Origin: Oikopleura dioica
Lineage: Eukaryota; Animalia; Chordata
Length of the DNA: 64,000 bases
Reading direction: 5' to 3'
NCBI GenBank assembly: GCA_907165135.1
Contig: OU015566.1
Location: 4,960,001 to 5,024,000, forward strand
Part shown: positions 39,702 through 53,435 of the stretch, piece by piece
How positions within the stretch are numbered: the stretch's first letter is position 1
How the letters are laid out: each line of letters opens with the position of its first letter
Position numbers and translations under genes: made by a program
The notes under the pieces: generated by a model
The model's input: the letters and a program-made list of their open reading frames with translations, nothing else
What the model was told of the DNA's origin: nothing
The model's database searches: none

Positions 39702-40554
39702 CTCTCCTCTTCACTTCTCTTTCTAAAATTCCAAGGTCTTTCTTTTTTCTAGCTGTTCCGGAATTGACACCGTCAATCACTTTAAAAGCGTGACACGTAA
39801 ACGCTCGATAAATATGCCCGCAAGTGTTAATGCTTTATTTTTCCTGCTCTGAAACGCAATTCTGAGTGGGCAAAGAAAGTAATCTCTACTTTCCGTACTC
39901 TCAGGCAAAACAAAGCAGATCACTGTTCAGCCACGTCCAAAGCGTATTTTCAAAGAATGAGCCGTTTCAGCTCGTCATTAACGCATCGCAAATATTATCC
40001 ATACGACGTCGCCTAATGGCAAAGAATTGACTAATTTGGGAGTTAATTTTTATCTTGGATTTACTCATTTTTAGCTCTCTGATCTTTCTTCTTATTTGAT
40101 GTTTTACCTCTGTAGCTTCTGTCAGTCTATTTTCTTCTCGTCAGAATACCAAAAAATGGGTCTGAAAATATATGCCTGAAGCATCGATTACAGTCTCGTC
40201 AGGCGTTTTATCCCCTTTTTGGAGACGGGAAATGATCCTATATAATAGCCAGCCCGGGTCAAGCCGTCTCCGGTTCTAATTATGCCAGCCTAGCCATCTT
40301 ACGGTTATTTCTTCAATGCAAAAGTGGGTCAGTTAGACTTGAGTTATTCTGATTTATGATAAATTCAAACTCGTTTCGCTTCTTCGAGGTTATTTTTGTC
40401 GTCTATACTGCGTCAAAATGCAAAAATAAGACTCTGAACTTCCTACAAGAAATTATTATGACTGCAAATGCAAATGGTCCCAAGCATAGGCAAATGTCAA
40501 GCATGAGAATAGTGGTCGGAAAACTCGAGTTGTTACGCGAAAGAGAGTTTTCAA

Positions 40555-42913
40555 ATGAGGTGGATTTTCTCGCTTTTTAGTTTTTACGCTCTGGCTCAGC
40601 CAGAATCGGGACCCGGCGTTCAAGTATCAAGACGCAGAATTGATCCTTCTTGTCCGTAAGTTATAAAGTTTTTTGATATTTTGAAGAAAAAAACAAATAT
40701 TTTTTACAAAAGTGATGCTGATCTTGGCGAATTATGCGACGAAGATTGCTTTGAAAAATGGATCAAGTGTAAGGATGGCTGTTTCAGCTCTTCTTGCGAG
40801 CGCCAATGCGCTGGAGAGTGGACCGGTAATTATCTTTTTTTTTTGACTAATCAACATGAGATATAAAGACTGCTACCGAGCTTGCCCGTGTGACGAGCTC
40901 TGCCCGAACGGTTGTGAGAACTGCGCGAATCCAATCTGCAGCTGTAAACATCCTGAGAACGACCCATATTTTAAGCAGTGTCTAAAAGAGGCGGGAGTAC
41001 GATTGGAAGATTGTTTCAAGTCCTGTGCGACGAATAACACTTGTTATGATGGTTGTTATGATGTGTTTGATGAAGAAAAGAGCTTTTGTCCATGTATGGA
41101 CAATTGTCCGATGGGATGTTCTTGTGATGGCGGTTACGAATGTCAGACTCATGTGATGGTGCTTGGCCAGGGGACTACATATTATAACGATTTTCCAAAT
41201 TTTAGTTATTTGATTTCTGCTGACGGAGATTTCAAGGTTGACAAAAATGTCATAATTATTTGAGGAAAATTAAGGAAAAACGGCATTACGAATCTCCTTT
41301 AAATGTAGAATATGGATATCTTTTCGGGTCTGGGCATGCAATCTTAAGAGGAGACGTGTACTTTTTTGGATCAATAGAAGGGCAGGCAAAAAAGGTGAAA
41401 ACTCTTCTTAGGTCCAATATCGATTTTGATTAAAATTCAAGATTTCAAAATTGTCTGGCTGTAAGATTTTGAATACTGGAACTCAACTTGTCGCTGCTTT
41501 TAATGCTCTTTACGGATCCCTCGCAACTGTTTCTGCTGGAACTGAGTCCGTTATTTTATGCAATGGTTATTCGACCAATTGTGAAAGCTTTGACGGAGAA
41601 AAATCTCAGTTTATTAGTTCTACACAAATCAGTCATCGTGAATCTTGCATGGCAGAATTTGAAAATGCGCCGATGATCATTGGATCTTATTCACCGTCTT
41701 CAAATCGTGTTGAAATTCTAACCACAAGGTGATCTTAAGGGGGTGGTGGTCGAGACTAAGACTTTTTTCAACCTAAAAAACTCAAATTTTTTCAAAAATT
41801 TTTTTTTTCTATAATTGAAAATAAGTTGAAAAGGGTCCAATTTATGTGGGCGGCTATGTCTGAAAAAAATATTTTTTCGCAAAGATGGTGAAAAATTCCT
41901 TCAAAGTAGACCCATCTCTTAACCAAAAAAACTCTATCCCCTTATCATTTTTTTCAAAATAAAACTTATTGAGAAGAAAGTTTACACCCTTAAGCGTGTG
42001 GGCGGCTTACTTTCAGAAAGTTCACCTTGTTAGAAAAGAAACTGGTAATTGAATGAAAACATGTTTTTTTCTGAAAAATCGTCATTTTCACTCATTTTTT
42101 CAATGAAATTTTCGAAAACATCACAATAATCGTAATTTTTTAGATTTTTATAATTAAAATATGATCAAGAATAATAACTTCGCAATAAAAAATCAATTTT
42201 GATCAATTTAGTGCAAAAAAACGCGTTTCAAAATTCCCGAAAATAGCGATTTTATAGCATAAAATCGAAAATTTTCTTTAATAAAGTTGGTCCAATCAAA
42301 AAAAGCTAGAGACCAAAAATGCTCCTTTTTTATCAAGGAATCAAAAAATAATATCAAAATTTTAAAAAGTCGAAAAAAATTTTCTTGACCACCACCCCCT
42401 TAAGTCAGATATTATCTTACTATTTGAAAATAAGCGGTTGGCAAGATACTGCTCCTCATCTACATGAGATTTTTTACCATACTTGTCTTTCTGTCTCAAA
42501 CGGAGTTCTTACGATTGGTGGATACTTGAACGATGGCGATGAAAGGGGTTATACGAAAAATGTTTATCTCTTTCGAGATGATCAATGGGCAAAAGTCGGT
42601 GTTTTGCAATCGGTTAAGAAAAAGCTTATTCTTATAATTTATTTTCTGTTAGCCTTTCGATCTTGCGTCATCCATTCATTTTGGCGAAAATTTTCTTGTT
42701 TTTGGTGGAGTTCAAACTCGGTAAAATGCACGTATAAAGAAACTAATTTTTAAAAAATCGGCCAGGAACGTGGAAAGAGCAATGTGGGATGGACAGAATG
42801 TTACTTCTTCCATGATTATAAACGAGCATGGAGGAGACTGTATTCGGCCTATTATCTTCGAAATTAATCTAGATTCCTGTACAGAAGGCTGTGATGATTT
42901 CTGTTACTATTAA
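40555..42913 (+). CDS. Secreted Cys-rich repeat + Kelch-like protein, tandem copy 1
   Basis: Signal peptide MRWIFSLFSFYALA; CPCDELCPNGCENC; VLTIGGY; ends CDDFCYY*. Confidence 0.85.
41739..42399. mobile_element. Kolobok-like MITE (TTAA TSD, GG..CC termini) in an intron
   Basis: TTAA|GGGGGTGGTGGTC...GACCACCACCCCC|TTAA; absent from the paralogous intron at ~44686-44724. Confidence 0.88.
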
Positions 42914-43738
42914 TAAAAGACTGATTATCTTAAAAACTTCGCTCAATATTTTATATCAATACAAGCAAGCTTAGCTCAGCTAAGCTTATTTCCGACCTAT
43001 GCTCAGATAAGAAAAATAATATCGTAAATTTGCAATTCTGCTTCCTGCAAGAAATCATTATTACTGCAAATGCAAATGCTCCCAAGCAAAGGTAATTATC
43101 AAGCATGAGAATTTCGGTGGAAAATTCGAGTTGTTTCGCAAAAGAGACTCTTCAAATGAGGTGGATTTTGTCGCTTTATAGTTTTACCGCTAAGGCTCAA
43201 GTGTCTAGAAGCAGGATTGATCCTTCTTGTCCGTAAGTGTTAGAGGGCGCTTAATCTTAGAGACAAGGAAGACTTTAATTTTTTTATTTTTTAAAGATTT
43301 TTTAAGATTTTGGTCTGAAAATCCATATTGACGACCCCCCTCTTAAAGTGATGCTGATCTCGGGGAATTATGCGACGAAGACTGCTTTGAAAAGTGGATC
43401 AAGTGTAAAGACGGCTGTTTGAGCTCTTCTTGCGAGCGCAAATGCGCTGGAGAATGGACAGGTAATCATCGGTCTTTGCTGAAATTCGCTGAATTTTTTA
43501 GACTGCTACCGGGCTTGCCCATGTGACGAGCTCTGCCCGAATGGTTGCGAGAACTGCATTTATCCAATTTGCGGATGTCAAAGCCCTGAGAACGATCCAT
43601 ATTTCAAACAGTGTTTGAAGGAAGCGAACAGAAGATTGGACGATTGTTTCGGGTCCTGTACGACAAGAACACTTGTTACGATGGCTGCTATGACTTGTTT
43701 GGAGACGAAAAGAGTTTTTGCCCATGTATGGAAAATTG

Positions 43739-44052
43739 GGTAGACGGCGGGTTCCATTCTTTGTGAAGAATGATTCTTTTTTCAAAGAATAGTTCTTTTT
43801 CGCAAAGAATCATTCTTTTTTAAGAATACATGAAAGGACGCATAAAAGACAGTCAAAAGTTCAGAAGCAAAATCCTGTTTATGCAAATAACTCAGGAGCG
43901 AGTCTGCGCTTCGCGCCAGTTATCAGGGAAACTCCGAAGAGTTTCATATCTTAGAATTTCTATATATCCGAAAAACCTTTTTTCGCCTTATTTTCTCTAG
44001 AATATTGAGAAAAAGAATGATTCTTTTAAAAGAATTGAACCCGCCGTCACCC
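43739..44052. mobile_element. MITE (GGGTGACGGCGGG-type TIR, 8-bp TSD) inserted in an exon
   Basis: TSD GAAAATTG at 43731-43738 and 44053-44060; absent from copy 1. Confidence 0.88.
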
Positions 44053-44941
44053 GAAAATTGCCCAATGGGTTCTTGTGATGGCGGTTTTAAATGTCAGCGT
44101 TTTGTGACTGCACTTTGCCAGGGCGTTACATTCGATAGCGATTTCCAAATTTTAGTTATTTGGTTTCTGCTGATGGAAGTTTCAAGGTTGGCAAAAATAT
44201 AATAAATCTTTGACTATTGTTAAGGAGAAACGGCATTACGAATCTCCAATAAATCGAGAAGTTGGATATCTTTATCGGTCTGGGCATGCAATTTTAAGAG
44301 GAGAGGTGTACTTTCTTGGATCATTTGATGGGCAAGCCACAAAAAAGGTGAAAGCTCACCTCAGGTTCGATATCGATTTTGATTAAAATTCAAGATTTCG
44401 AAATCGTCTGGCTGTAAGATTGTGAATACTGGAATTCAACTTGTAAATGCTTTCATCGCTGAATACGGATCCTTGGCAACGGTTTCCTCTGCTGGAACTG
44501 ACTCCGTTATTTTATGCAGAGGTTCTTCGACCGATTGCGAAAGTTTTGACGTGGAAAAATCTCAATCTATCAGTTCTACACAAATCAGACATAGTCGTTC
44601 TTGTATGGCAGAATTTGATAATGCACCCTTGATCATTGGATCTGGTAGCCCAACTTCAAATCGTGTGGAAATTCTAACTTCAAGGTGATTCGTTATTATT
44701 TATTTTCTTACTATTCGAGAATAAGCGGTTGGCAAGATACTACTCCTCATCTTCATGGGATTTATTACCATACTTGTCTTTCTGTCTCGAATGGAGTTCT
44801 TACAATTGGTGGATACTTGAACGATCGCGATGATGAGGGTTTTACGAAAAATGTTTATCTCTTTCGAGATGATCAGTGGACAAAAGTCGGTGTTTTGCAA
44901 TCGGTAAAGAAATAATTTATTATTTTGGTTATAGTTTTTAA

Positions 44942-45694
44942 GGATATAGCCGTTCTCAAGGCACTTTCGTAGCGTCGAAATGGGGCGATAATTTTTTTTC
45001 ATTTCAAGACAGGTCCTACCTAAAATTATGTCTTGAATTCGATTCTGATGTTTTTTAACATTTTTTCAAAGAAAATTTCTCTCTGGAGCGATTTGAAATC
45101 TTACGATCACTTTTTCTCGAAATTTTTCTATTAAAACGCTAAAACTAAACCGTGTTTTAATAAAAATAACTGCTAATCTATTTTCCTAGGGCCTCAAAAT
45201 TTCAAAACCCAAGCAAATTTTCATTCTAGCGTCTTCTTCTTTTTAGCTTTTCTTTTTCATAAATGCTGCGTTCAGGGCGCTCGGCCAATCAGCGCGCTCT
45301 TTCACATGCGCGCCTCACCGCGCGATGGAGGAGGGCGCCCAGCGCAGCAAACCAGAGCGCTGTCTGACGCTTTTGCTTACTCAAGTAAGCCTCATAAAAA
45401 TGGCTCTAGAATCATAAATAATTGGAATCTATTAAACTTTAGACCCTAGGAATGTAGAGAAAGGTCCAAATTTTTAATTTATCAAAATAACTCGACCGAT
45501 TTAATGAAAAAGTCTCGAGAAAAAATGATCGTAAGATTAAAAATTGCTCTAGAGAGAAATTTTTCCATTAAAAAATTAAAAAGAACACTAGAATCTGGTC
45601 TCTTAGGCAATTTTAGGTAGGGTTCCTTTTGAAATTAAAAAATTTTATCGTCCCCTTTTGGCGCTACGAAAGTGCCTTGAGAACGGCTATATCC
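44942..45694. mobile_element. Kolobok-like MITE (TTAA TSD)
   Basis: Perfect ~31-bp TIR GGATATAGCCGTTCTCAAGGCACTTTCGTAG flanked by TTAA; absent from copy 1. Confidence 0.92.
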
Positions 45695-46097
45695 TTAAGT
45701 TTTTTACTCTTGGGTCTTCCATTCATTTCGGTGATTATTTTCTTGTTTCTGATGGTGCTGAAAACGGGTAAAAGTATAAATATAAATTCTGTTTTTAAAA
45801 AATAATTTAGAAACGTGGAAAGGGCAATGTGGGATGGTCAGAATGTAACTTCCTCGATGATTATAAACGAACATGAAGGATACTGTTTTCGGCGTATTCT
45901 CTTCGAATCTGATCCAGATTCTTGCACAGAAGGGTGCGACGATTTCTGTTACTATTAATAAAAGTCTTTTACTTTTGAAATTTCACTCAATAATTCAAAC
46001 AAAGCAAAACTGTGGCTCTTCTTTGATGAAGCTCTCAAGAGGCACTTACCATTATACAACCGAAAACTATCAAAGAGCATCTTTGAATTCTTTCAAA

Positions 46098-46740
46098 ATG
46101 AAAAATTTCGTCAAAATTTTTGTCTTCGTTTCAGTTTTAGATGCTCAGAAAGCGAGAAATTGTGAGTGCACAGCGGGAATATTGAGAAACGAAGATGGAT
46201 TGTTGAATTGCGTCTGCTCTAAAGAGATCATTTGGGTTTGAAAAACGGCGATAAATGGGATTAAAGGGGTGTTATAGAATGTAAAAGAGAAGTTCCCGGA
46301 CTGGTTTTTGCACATTGTGGACAAGACTAACAGAGATTTTCAAACGAAATGCTCCAGAAAGGTACAAAAAAGTGTTTTCTTCTTTATCAATTTTTTGAGA
46401 ATCTCGTTGATCACGCAAAAAAGACGAATATCACCGTTTTCGACTTCTTCAACAAAGACGCCACTGTCTTTCAAGGACTGCGCTCCGATTTCTGGCAAAT
46501 AACGGACATCTTCGAAAGCAAAAGCTGGAGCATCGAAAATGAAGATTTCGAGGAAGAAGGCACTCCTGAAACTCATGTTCTTCTTTTCGAAAACAGGTTT
46601 GTTCGTTTTTTTATTGAAATGATTGAGTATTTTTGATTTAGCTTTTTTGACGACAAAAATCGAGAAAACATCACGATCAATTCAGCTTTTCTGCCGACAA
46701 AGGATTCTGACAAGATTTTTCTGTCATATTTGACCTAATA
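46098..46740 (+). pseudogene. Degenerate secreted-protein gene
   Basis: MKNFVKIFVFVSVLDA signal peptide and CEC/CVC motifs, followed by in-frame stops and a frameshift. Confidence 0.45.
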
Positions 46741-46909
46741 AAGAATCCCCTTCATCATCACTTTCTTAAAAAAATGGTTGAAAAAGGGGACGTGGCTCAA
46801 GTCCCCAAGAAAATTCCATCCGGGGCGGCAAAGAGTTGACACGAGTTTTCAAGCAAAATTGACACCCGCAACTGTCGCTAGAATAAATTTTCGATCGAAA
46901 AAAAGAAGA

Positions 46910-47952
46910 ATGAAGCTTTTTTATTTTTTGCCAATTTCGGCCCTCGCCGGGCATGAGCGAGAATTCGATTGAACTTGCGGCGGAGAGATTTCCTCAGATA
47001 CAGTCATTACTTCTCCTGATTTCGATACGGAGCCCTGGCACTACAAAAATCACAACTGCACTTGGAAAGTCGACTTTGGAGAAGGCGTTGACGGCTTTGT
47101 CATTGTTCCGAAGCATTTTCAACTGGAAGATACGGGGTCGAGCTGCGCGGATTATGTTGAGATTAAAAATGATCAAATGCATCTTTCAATCTGCGGCGGA
47201 ATTTTGGACGATACGGACTACGCGGCTTTCGCGTCTTCTTCTAACTCTTCCTACTCTTCTTCTTCTTCAAGCGAATATCCTGACTACACAGGAGCCTCAT
47301 CTTCCGACTTCTGGGATCGTAGAAAACGACGAAGTGGCGATTTTGAGGGAGAAGTTCAGCATCGAGGATTCGAAGAGCCTCTCTGGGTTCCTGGTTCTCA
47401 AGCGACAATTACGTTCATCAGCGACGAGCACAGAGAATTCAGGGGCTTTGAATTTGAAATTACGGCCAATAAAATGAACGTTATTCAGAATCAAGCAGAG
47501 GTAGGAAAAAAGCCATTAAATTTTTCGAAGAAATATGTTTTTTCCCTGATCATTTATTTTCATGTTTTCAGAAAATCTTCTCCGCGCTGTCGGATGATCT
47601 CAAATGGAAAGATCGTTTCGTCAACCGGCTGACGAAAATCCTCACTTTGGCCAACAGTTCTTACACAGGAGAAAAATGCGCCGAAGAAAATGGCTTTGAA
47701 AATGAAATTCCAAGCGACCTCATTTTCGACGCGGAAGACACGTGTCCTCTAAATGACCAGGTGAACCAAGCGCTGAATTCATTTGCCAAAAGGAACGAGT
47801 TTTCAATTTTTGATCGATTTCTAATATAATGACAGAAAAGTAAAACTCGGGTGAAAAGTTGGGCTTGCCAAGGAAGCGGAAAAGTCTACAAGCAGATCAT
47901 CAATAAAGCCGCGAAAATCAAAACATTTTTCGACAGAAAATTCAACTGCTAA
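46910..47952 (+). CDS. Secreted CUB-domain protein with in-frame TGA at 46970-46972
   Basis: Signal peptide, TCGG...ITSPDF...NCTW...FQLE...CADYVEI...ICG...FISD...RGF; furin site RRKRR; last intron is GA-AG (47793-47858). Confidence 0.8.
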
Positions 47953-48799
47953 AAATTTACTCGCGAAAATAATAAACTCAATTTTTCGAACCCGTTTTCT
48001 TTTTGGCTTTTCCGCTCAGTTCTTATTCGGAATATTGGATTATGGTCGTTTTTCTGGTTTTTCTGCAGTCTTCAATCCTTTCAAGTAAAAAATCGACCCA
48101 GAAATTGACCTGAAATGGCCCCATTTCAACCTTGAAAAAGAATCAACTGGATCATCAACAAACCATGACTTGATAGTGACGCAACTGCCCCTGAGGGAAA
48201 ACTTTTTTTTGCAAAAAAAAATTCCCACTAAAAGCAATTTTCGCGACCAAAAATCAGGCCACACTGTTGTTCAGAGATTGACTGAATTTATTTCGAAAAA
48301 AGAAGAGAAGAAAAATCAAGGTAAATTTGCTAAAAATCCATTTTTTTATTTGATAATAAAAGTAGTTAATATAAGGACCGTATTCTTTTGCATTTTCAAG
48401 CTCTCTGATTGGCTGCTGGATGCTTAGGAATGTGGCTCTGGAAATTCAAATTGCAGACTGGCGCCTTTTTGCAGACAAGTACGTGATCACGTAGGTTGAT
48501 TATATAATGTTTATTACAGGTAAATAGACAGTGAGTCATACTTTACAATGAATAACAATTTTTATAGTAAACATTCAAATAAAACTTCTTGAGCTGCGAA
48601 AAGAGCGAATTCGATTCCGGCTAAAATGGGCTCGTCTTGTGAAAACCATAAATTTGTTTCAAATGTGCTACTCTTTTTAAACAATAAAAATTAATAAATT
48701 GATTAAATGAATAGCCTTATTTATCCTATTATGGAAATTGTCGATCAGCTCATAATCTATTGTTAATTAAAAATTTCCAATTAAAGCCGCAATCGATTT

Positions 48800-49064
48800 C
48801 TATAGAGCAGAGTGATTCGCAGGAGTTTTTGCAGGTTTGATGATTTCTTCATTCTCGCTTTTTCGCTTGTTTGATGGCCTTTCTGTCGGAGAGATGATTT
48901 TCAATGGCTGTGCTTCCCATTGTTTCCATAGTTCTTGTAGATTCTGGCACTTTAATAGAAAAAATTATTACGAATCATAAAATAATGAGTTGACTTACCA
49001 TTTGTTTTGACTTTCTCAGAGAAATTCTTTCTCTAAGTTTTTCTTCAAAAATCCTGTCACTCAT
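48800..49064 (-). CDS. Small orphan protein (2 exons)
   Basis: MSDRIFEEKLRERISLRKSKQM joined by a GT-AG intron to CQNLQELWKQWEAQP...HSAL*. Confidence 0.45.
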
Positions 49065-51112
49065 TTGAATTCTAATAATAGACTGACCAAGCAGGAGTCC
49101 AAGGTCTTTCTTATCAGCAAAAGGTGTGAAGTGCGCATCGTGATGCATCCGTGGGTACTTGACGGCGGGTGACGGCGGCTGGAGTGTCTGCAGGCGCTCG
49201 CAAGACTGTCTGGTGTCGCTTTTTCAGCCTAATTTATAAGTTCAGTCTGAATGGCAAATTGTCAAATATCTAAAATGTTGAAATAATCAGATGAGGCTAG
49301 AAGAAAAAACAAATGAATCAGGAAAAAAGAAATTCAGTAAAATGATCATAAGTAAGTACTATTTGGTTCAGATTGATTACGTTATCATTCTTTAGTCCTA
49401 AATCTTTGGTAAAATTTCTGAACAGTAAAGGCACTTGGCTAACAAGGTAATTTCAATCAATAAATACTGTTCAAATATTCAGTTTTTAGCGTTATATAAG
49501 CAAACGAAATGAAGCGAAATAATATCGAAGCGTATCTTCAATAAAAGCTAATCATGTTCCCATTAATCTAACAAAATGAAGCAAAATCATAACGAATCAT
49601 ATCCGTGTTGTCGAAAATTAATTTCAGTGAAGGTCTTTTTCTACTATTAAATGTTTCAAAAATCGCTGACATTATCGATGGTCATTGTATCGTTAAAACT
49701 CATAATCACATCTTCTACTGAACATTCCTTAGTGTTTTTAAATGTTGACAGAATATTATTTAAATCGATGTTGCGCGTTGCTACCTTTAAATGAAAAAAC
49801 ATAATACTTTATCATAATTCCAAGGGTAATTGAAAATTATAATATGAAACTATATATTCTCTAGTATGTGTCTTAAGGTTACGCATAAAATGTATTCAAA
49901 ATAGCAATAAAAGTTTTGATGAAATAGTTGTCTTCTATAAAATGTAATCAAAAATGTTTTCACGCTTATGCTGATGAATGTTTCTATCAATTAATTAAAA
50001 TGTTACTTTTATTTTTCTTTTGCTTTTTGATTTTCATTCTCTATTATTATAAAATGATTCAACAGTGAAAATCAAGGGATCAAAAAAGTGAATTCGAAAA
50101 TCTGTAAAATGAATACATTATTATCTCTAGAAATTATAACAGTTTTCAAAGCTATGAAATGACAGCTTGATTTTCTCAGTCTGTGTCTAATTTACGTTGT
50201 CAATCTTTGGATACAATCTTTCGCAATCAAATTATAGAATGTGACGAAACGTCGGGCCAATTGTCGACCTTTTGACGTTTCAAAATGGTTCGACTTTTAA
50301 TGTAACTATTTTTTGGGTAATGATTTGATATTTAACCATTATAGCGCTTAACCTACTGCCTCAACAATAAAATGAAAGTATCAATAATGTCTAACGAAGC
50401 AAGAAATTTTTCGCCAATGTTTCAAGGTGAGCTTAACGTCTGTTTTCTTTTCAATCAACTTTTTGTTTTAGCCAATTATTAAAAGAAAAAAAGATTTAAA
50501 TGGTAACTACCTTCGGATGATGAAAAAAACGAATGGTTTTAGTGTGTTTGTATAAAATGAATTCAATAAGATTAGCTTTTGTTAGAACGCTCCAATTGTG
50601 GTAATTTTTTTTTTGTCTTTTCTAGTGTAACTTTTCTTTTAAGCGTTAAAATGCAACAAGATGGAAAATCAAGGATAAGCATAAAAGATAGTAATAGATT
50701 ACAATTCTTTTATGAAGACTAAAATGTTTTTAGGAAAAAAAATTGAAGACAACAACGAACAAATGGCCTGCTCAATGTGAAAAAGCGCTTTCAATAAAGT
50801 CTTTTACTGTTCTTTTGAATATCTTCTTAAAATGGTGCTATGTAAATTTTACTTGTGATATAATGAAAGATACGTTTTACTCTGAAGATTAATTTCCATT
50901 TGAATAAATATGATTTTGATTTATAAAAAAGGTGTTTTTATTGTGTACGCATCTCTAGAATAGTCGCAGGAAAATGCTGTTATTTCGAATTCGGTTGTTT
51001 TCAAAGTTGAGTCGAGCAAAAGTTTCTAGAATAAGTTGATGCATTAGCTGGTATTTGCAGCTAGTGCTCATTCTTCAAAAAAGGTTTTTTTGGAAGGTTG
51101 TAGCTGGCTCCA

Positions 51113-52412
51113 ATGCTCAAGTTTTCTACATCAAAGGTAATTTTCACCGATAAAGTATATGTTAGGATTAATTTGGTATAAAAAATAATTGAAAATTTAA
51201 AATTTTTTTTTTCCAAGGCGTCCAAACCCCAACAAGTCCCATTGCTTCCCGTTAATGGAGAAGTATACGTTCGTTCTTCTGGTAAGTTTATTTGTACAAT
51301 TATTAATTTTAAACTTTTACTGAAGAAGACCATCTGGAGCTTTTGCCCATGAACGAAAGAGCGGTCGACGTTGCTCTCGAACCTCAAGAGGGAGGCGGCG
51401 AAGTGCCTTCTCTCGAATCTGTGCCTCCGGCTGGCACTGTGGAAGAATGGGCTACGATGGAGGATGAGACCGAGGGTCCGATTCGCATCCTCACTCAAGC
51501 GCCAAATGCGGGAGAGGAAGCATCCACGATTGATATCGATGCTGCCGACGTTGCTGCCGACGGCGTCGCTGCTGTGGACGATGGCTCTACTCTCCCCGTT
51601 CCCAATTTTGATGATTTCGTCGATGCTGCCGAGCGATTTCATCGATCTCGAGTTGAGGAAGTTAGCAACGTCCTCAATTCTACGAGAAACAAGCTGTTAC
51701 TCACCCCAGGTCTTGCCGAATCAACACGAGAGTGGTTGGAAAAAGTGGATGACTTGGCTATCAACCAGGCTCTCCAGAACAGCCCTGTTTCCGGTCTCAC
51801 GCAGGCGCAGGAAAACAACGCCACCCAGCGACTACCTCTCAAACGTGCTCGTCCAACCACCGCGGATGCTGCCGCCGAGCCCACCGCCGAGCCCACCGCT
51901 GCTGCTCAACTCTTCCCGAAGCGTCCACGTGCAGGCCAAATCATGTACCATGGCGTTTCGTATCCACTCGAAAGGGTTGATCGAATCCAGAACAAGGGTA
52001 GCGATAAACAAGCCACCCTTTTCGGATTTGGCAAAAATCCAAACACTTTGTCGGTCTGCCCAACTGGCAATTCTTTCTTTACAAAGGAGAAATTGGGCAA
52101 AGACAAGTACGTCAAAGGTAATTTTATTTCATATTTTAAGTATCAAAAATAAAATAAATTCTAGTGCCCGATGCACGCAAGTCTACACGAGCTAAGGCCC
52201 CTCTTCTCGAAAACTTGGCTCAAATCAAGAACCACTTCATTGAGAGAGACGCGCAGTGCACCGACTTTGTCGCTGAATTGCTCAGCGGCAATCTAGCCGT
52301 CTTAGTAGAGACGCCCTTTACGAACCTCCTTTTTGGAGATATCAGTGGATTTATTCAATCGACCTCAGGATGTCATCCAGCTACACCACCACCACCACCA
52401 AAAGACGAGTGA
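51113..52412 (+). CDS. Orphan protein A (acidic N-terminus, basic C-terminal domain), multi-exon; start approximate
   Basis: 269-codon open exon at 51343-52152 flanked by GT-AG introns; final exon ends PPPPPKDE*. Confidence 0.7.
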
Positions 52413-52997
52413 AGAATAAACTTACTCCATTCCGCCCAAGATGAAATGATGATTCTTGACGGGCGAAGAGCACACAAATTTACTCTTTCTGCGTTTCTTT
52501 CTGTGCTAGAATATAATTTAATTTTTTAAAAACCATTTAAATTTTGAATGTCTTTTCAGACATTCAAAATAAAGCGTTTGTTTTCTTTTGTTTGCTTGCG
52601 TTACTTCTAGAAATTCACTTTTTCAAATCAGCGAGGAGAAAAGACGCCGCCGAGATTTCGAGCGAGTTCATTTCCAGATTTCGCATTTTCCGTCATTGGA
52701 GTGGTCAGAATTTAAAAATCACTGCTAATTGGCTAATACCTTTTTCGTAGAGAATTTGAATGTAGAGAAAATGCTGTGTAACTATTATTCGACCACCACC
52801 ATTGACACCGGATGATTTTCTGCGCAAATTTATCACTGATTAGGTTTCGAAATACTTCTCAGCTACCGTATGTTTTTAATGATAACCCTCTTGTTGGACA
52901 ATAACATACACTTGTTATCTTACACTTGTTTCTCACAGGGGTTAATTTATAGATTCTCGCTAAGTAATATCTCCTGCGCCTCTCCATCATCCGCAAG

Positions 52998-53201
52998 ATG
53001 TCAGATGAACCGTTGCGCATAAATGTGCGTTTGAATTTGAGAGAAATGCCAGACCTCGGTCGTATTTTTCAAAGACAGCCGCATCAAATTCGGGCTTTTC
53101 GACGAGGCATTCGACATCTACGACGGCGACAGGTTCTTGTTAGACTTACTCGACGTTACCTCGACGGTTTGGTAGAGAAGCTCAATCGTTTCATCATGTA
53201 A
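52998..53201 (+). CDS. Small Arg-rich orphan protein
   Basis: ATG-initiated 67-aa ORF, MSDEPLRINVRLNLRE... Confidence 0.45.
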   Translation: MSDEPLRINVRLNLREMPDLGRIFQRQPHQIRAFRRGIRHLRRRQVLVRLTRRYLDGLVEKLNRFIM

Positions 53202-53435
53202 GTACCTGGCGAGATTAGTTCCATTTTATTTCCTATAAATCAAGGGAACAACAGCTCAATGAGGGACGATTTCGCATCGACAATTTCGAGTTGGAAGGCG
53301 CGAATAGCCAACAACAGCGTACTCTCTCACTCAGCACTCGAAATTGGCGATTCTATTCTGCAAAGGTTTAAAATTTGTTTCATAATGTTAATTTTTAAAA
53401 AAAAATTTCAGAAGAGCTTCAAAGCCATTCTCAAG

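Larger units (their letters stand above)
43156..45958 (+). pseudogene. Tandem copy 2 of the Cys-rich/Kelch-like gene, disrupted
   Basis: Colinear with 40555-42913 including the promoter; 1-nt deletion at ~43665; exonic MITE at 43739-44052 with no 3' AG. Confidence 0.75.

Noticed and set aside
46970-46972. Selenocysteine codon
   Set aside because: It is not at a conserved Cys position of the CUB domain, and no SECIS-like hairpin is evident in the short 3' region.
48361-48380. AGTAGT as a possible Maverick/Polinton left terminus
   Set aside because: It is only a 6-mer, with no partner TIR, TSD or Polinton core gene in the window. Worth rechecking with the downstream flank.
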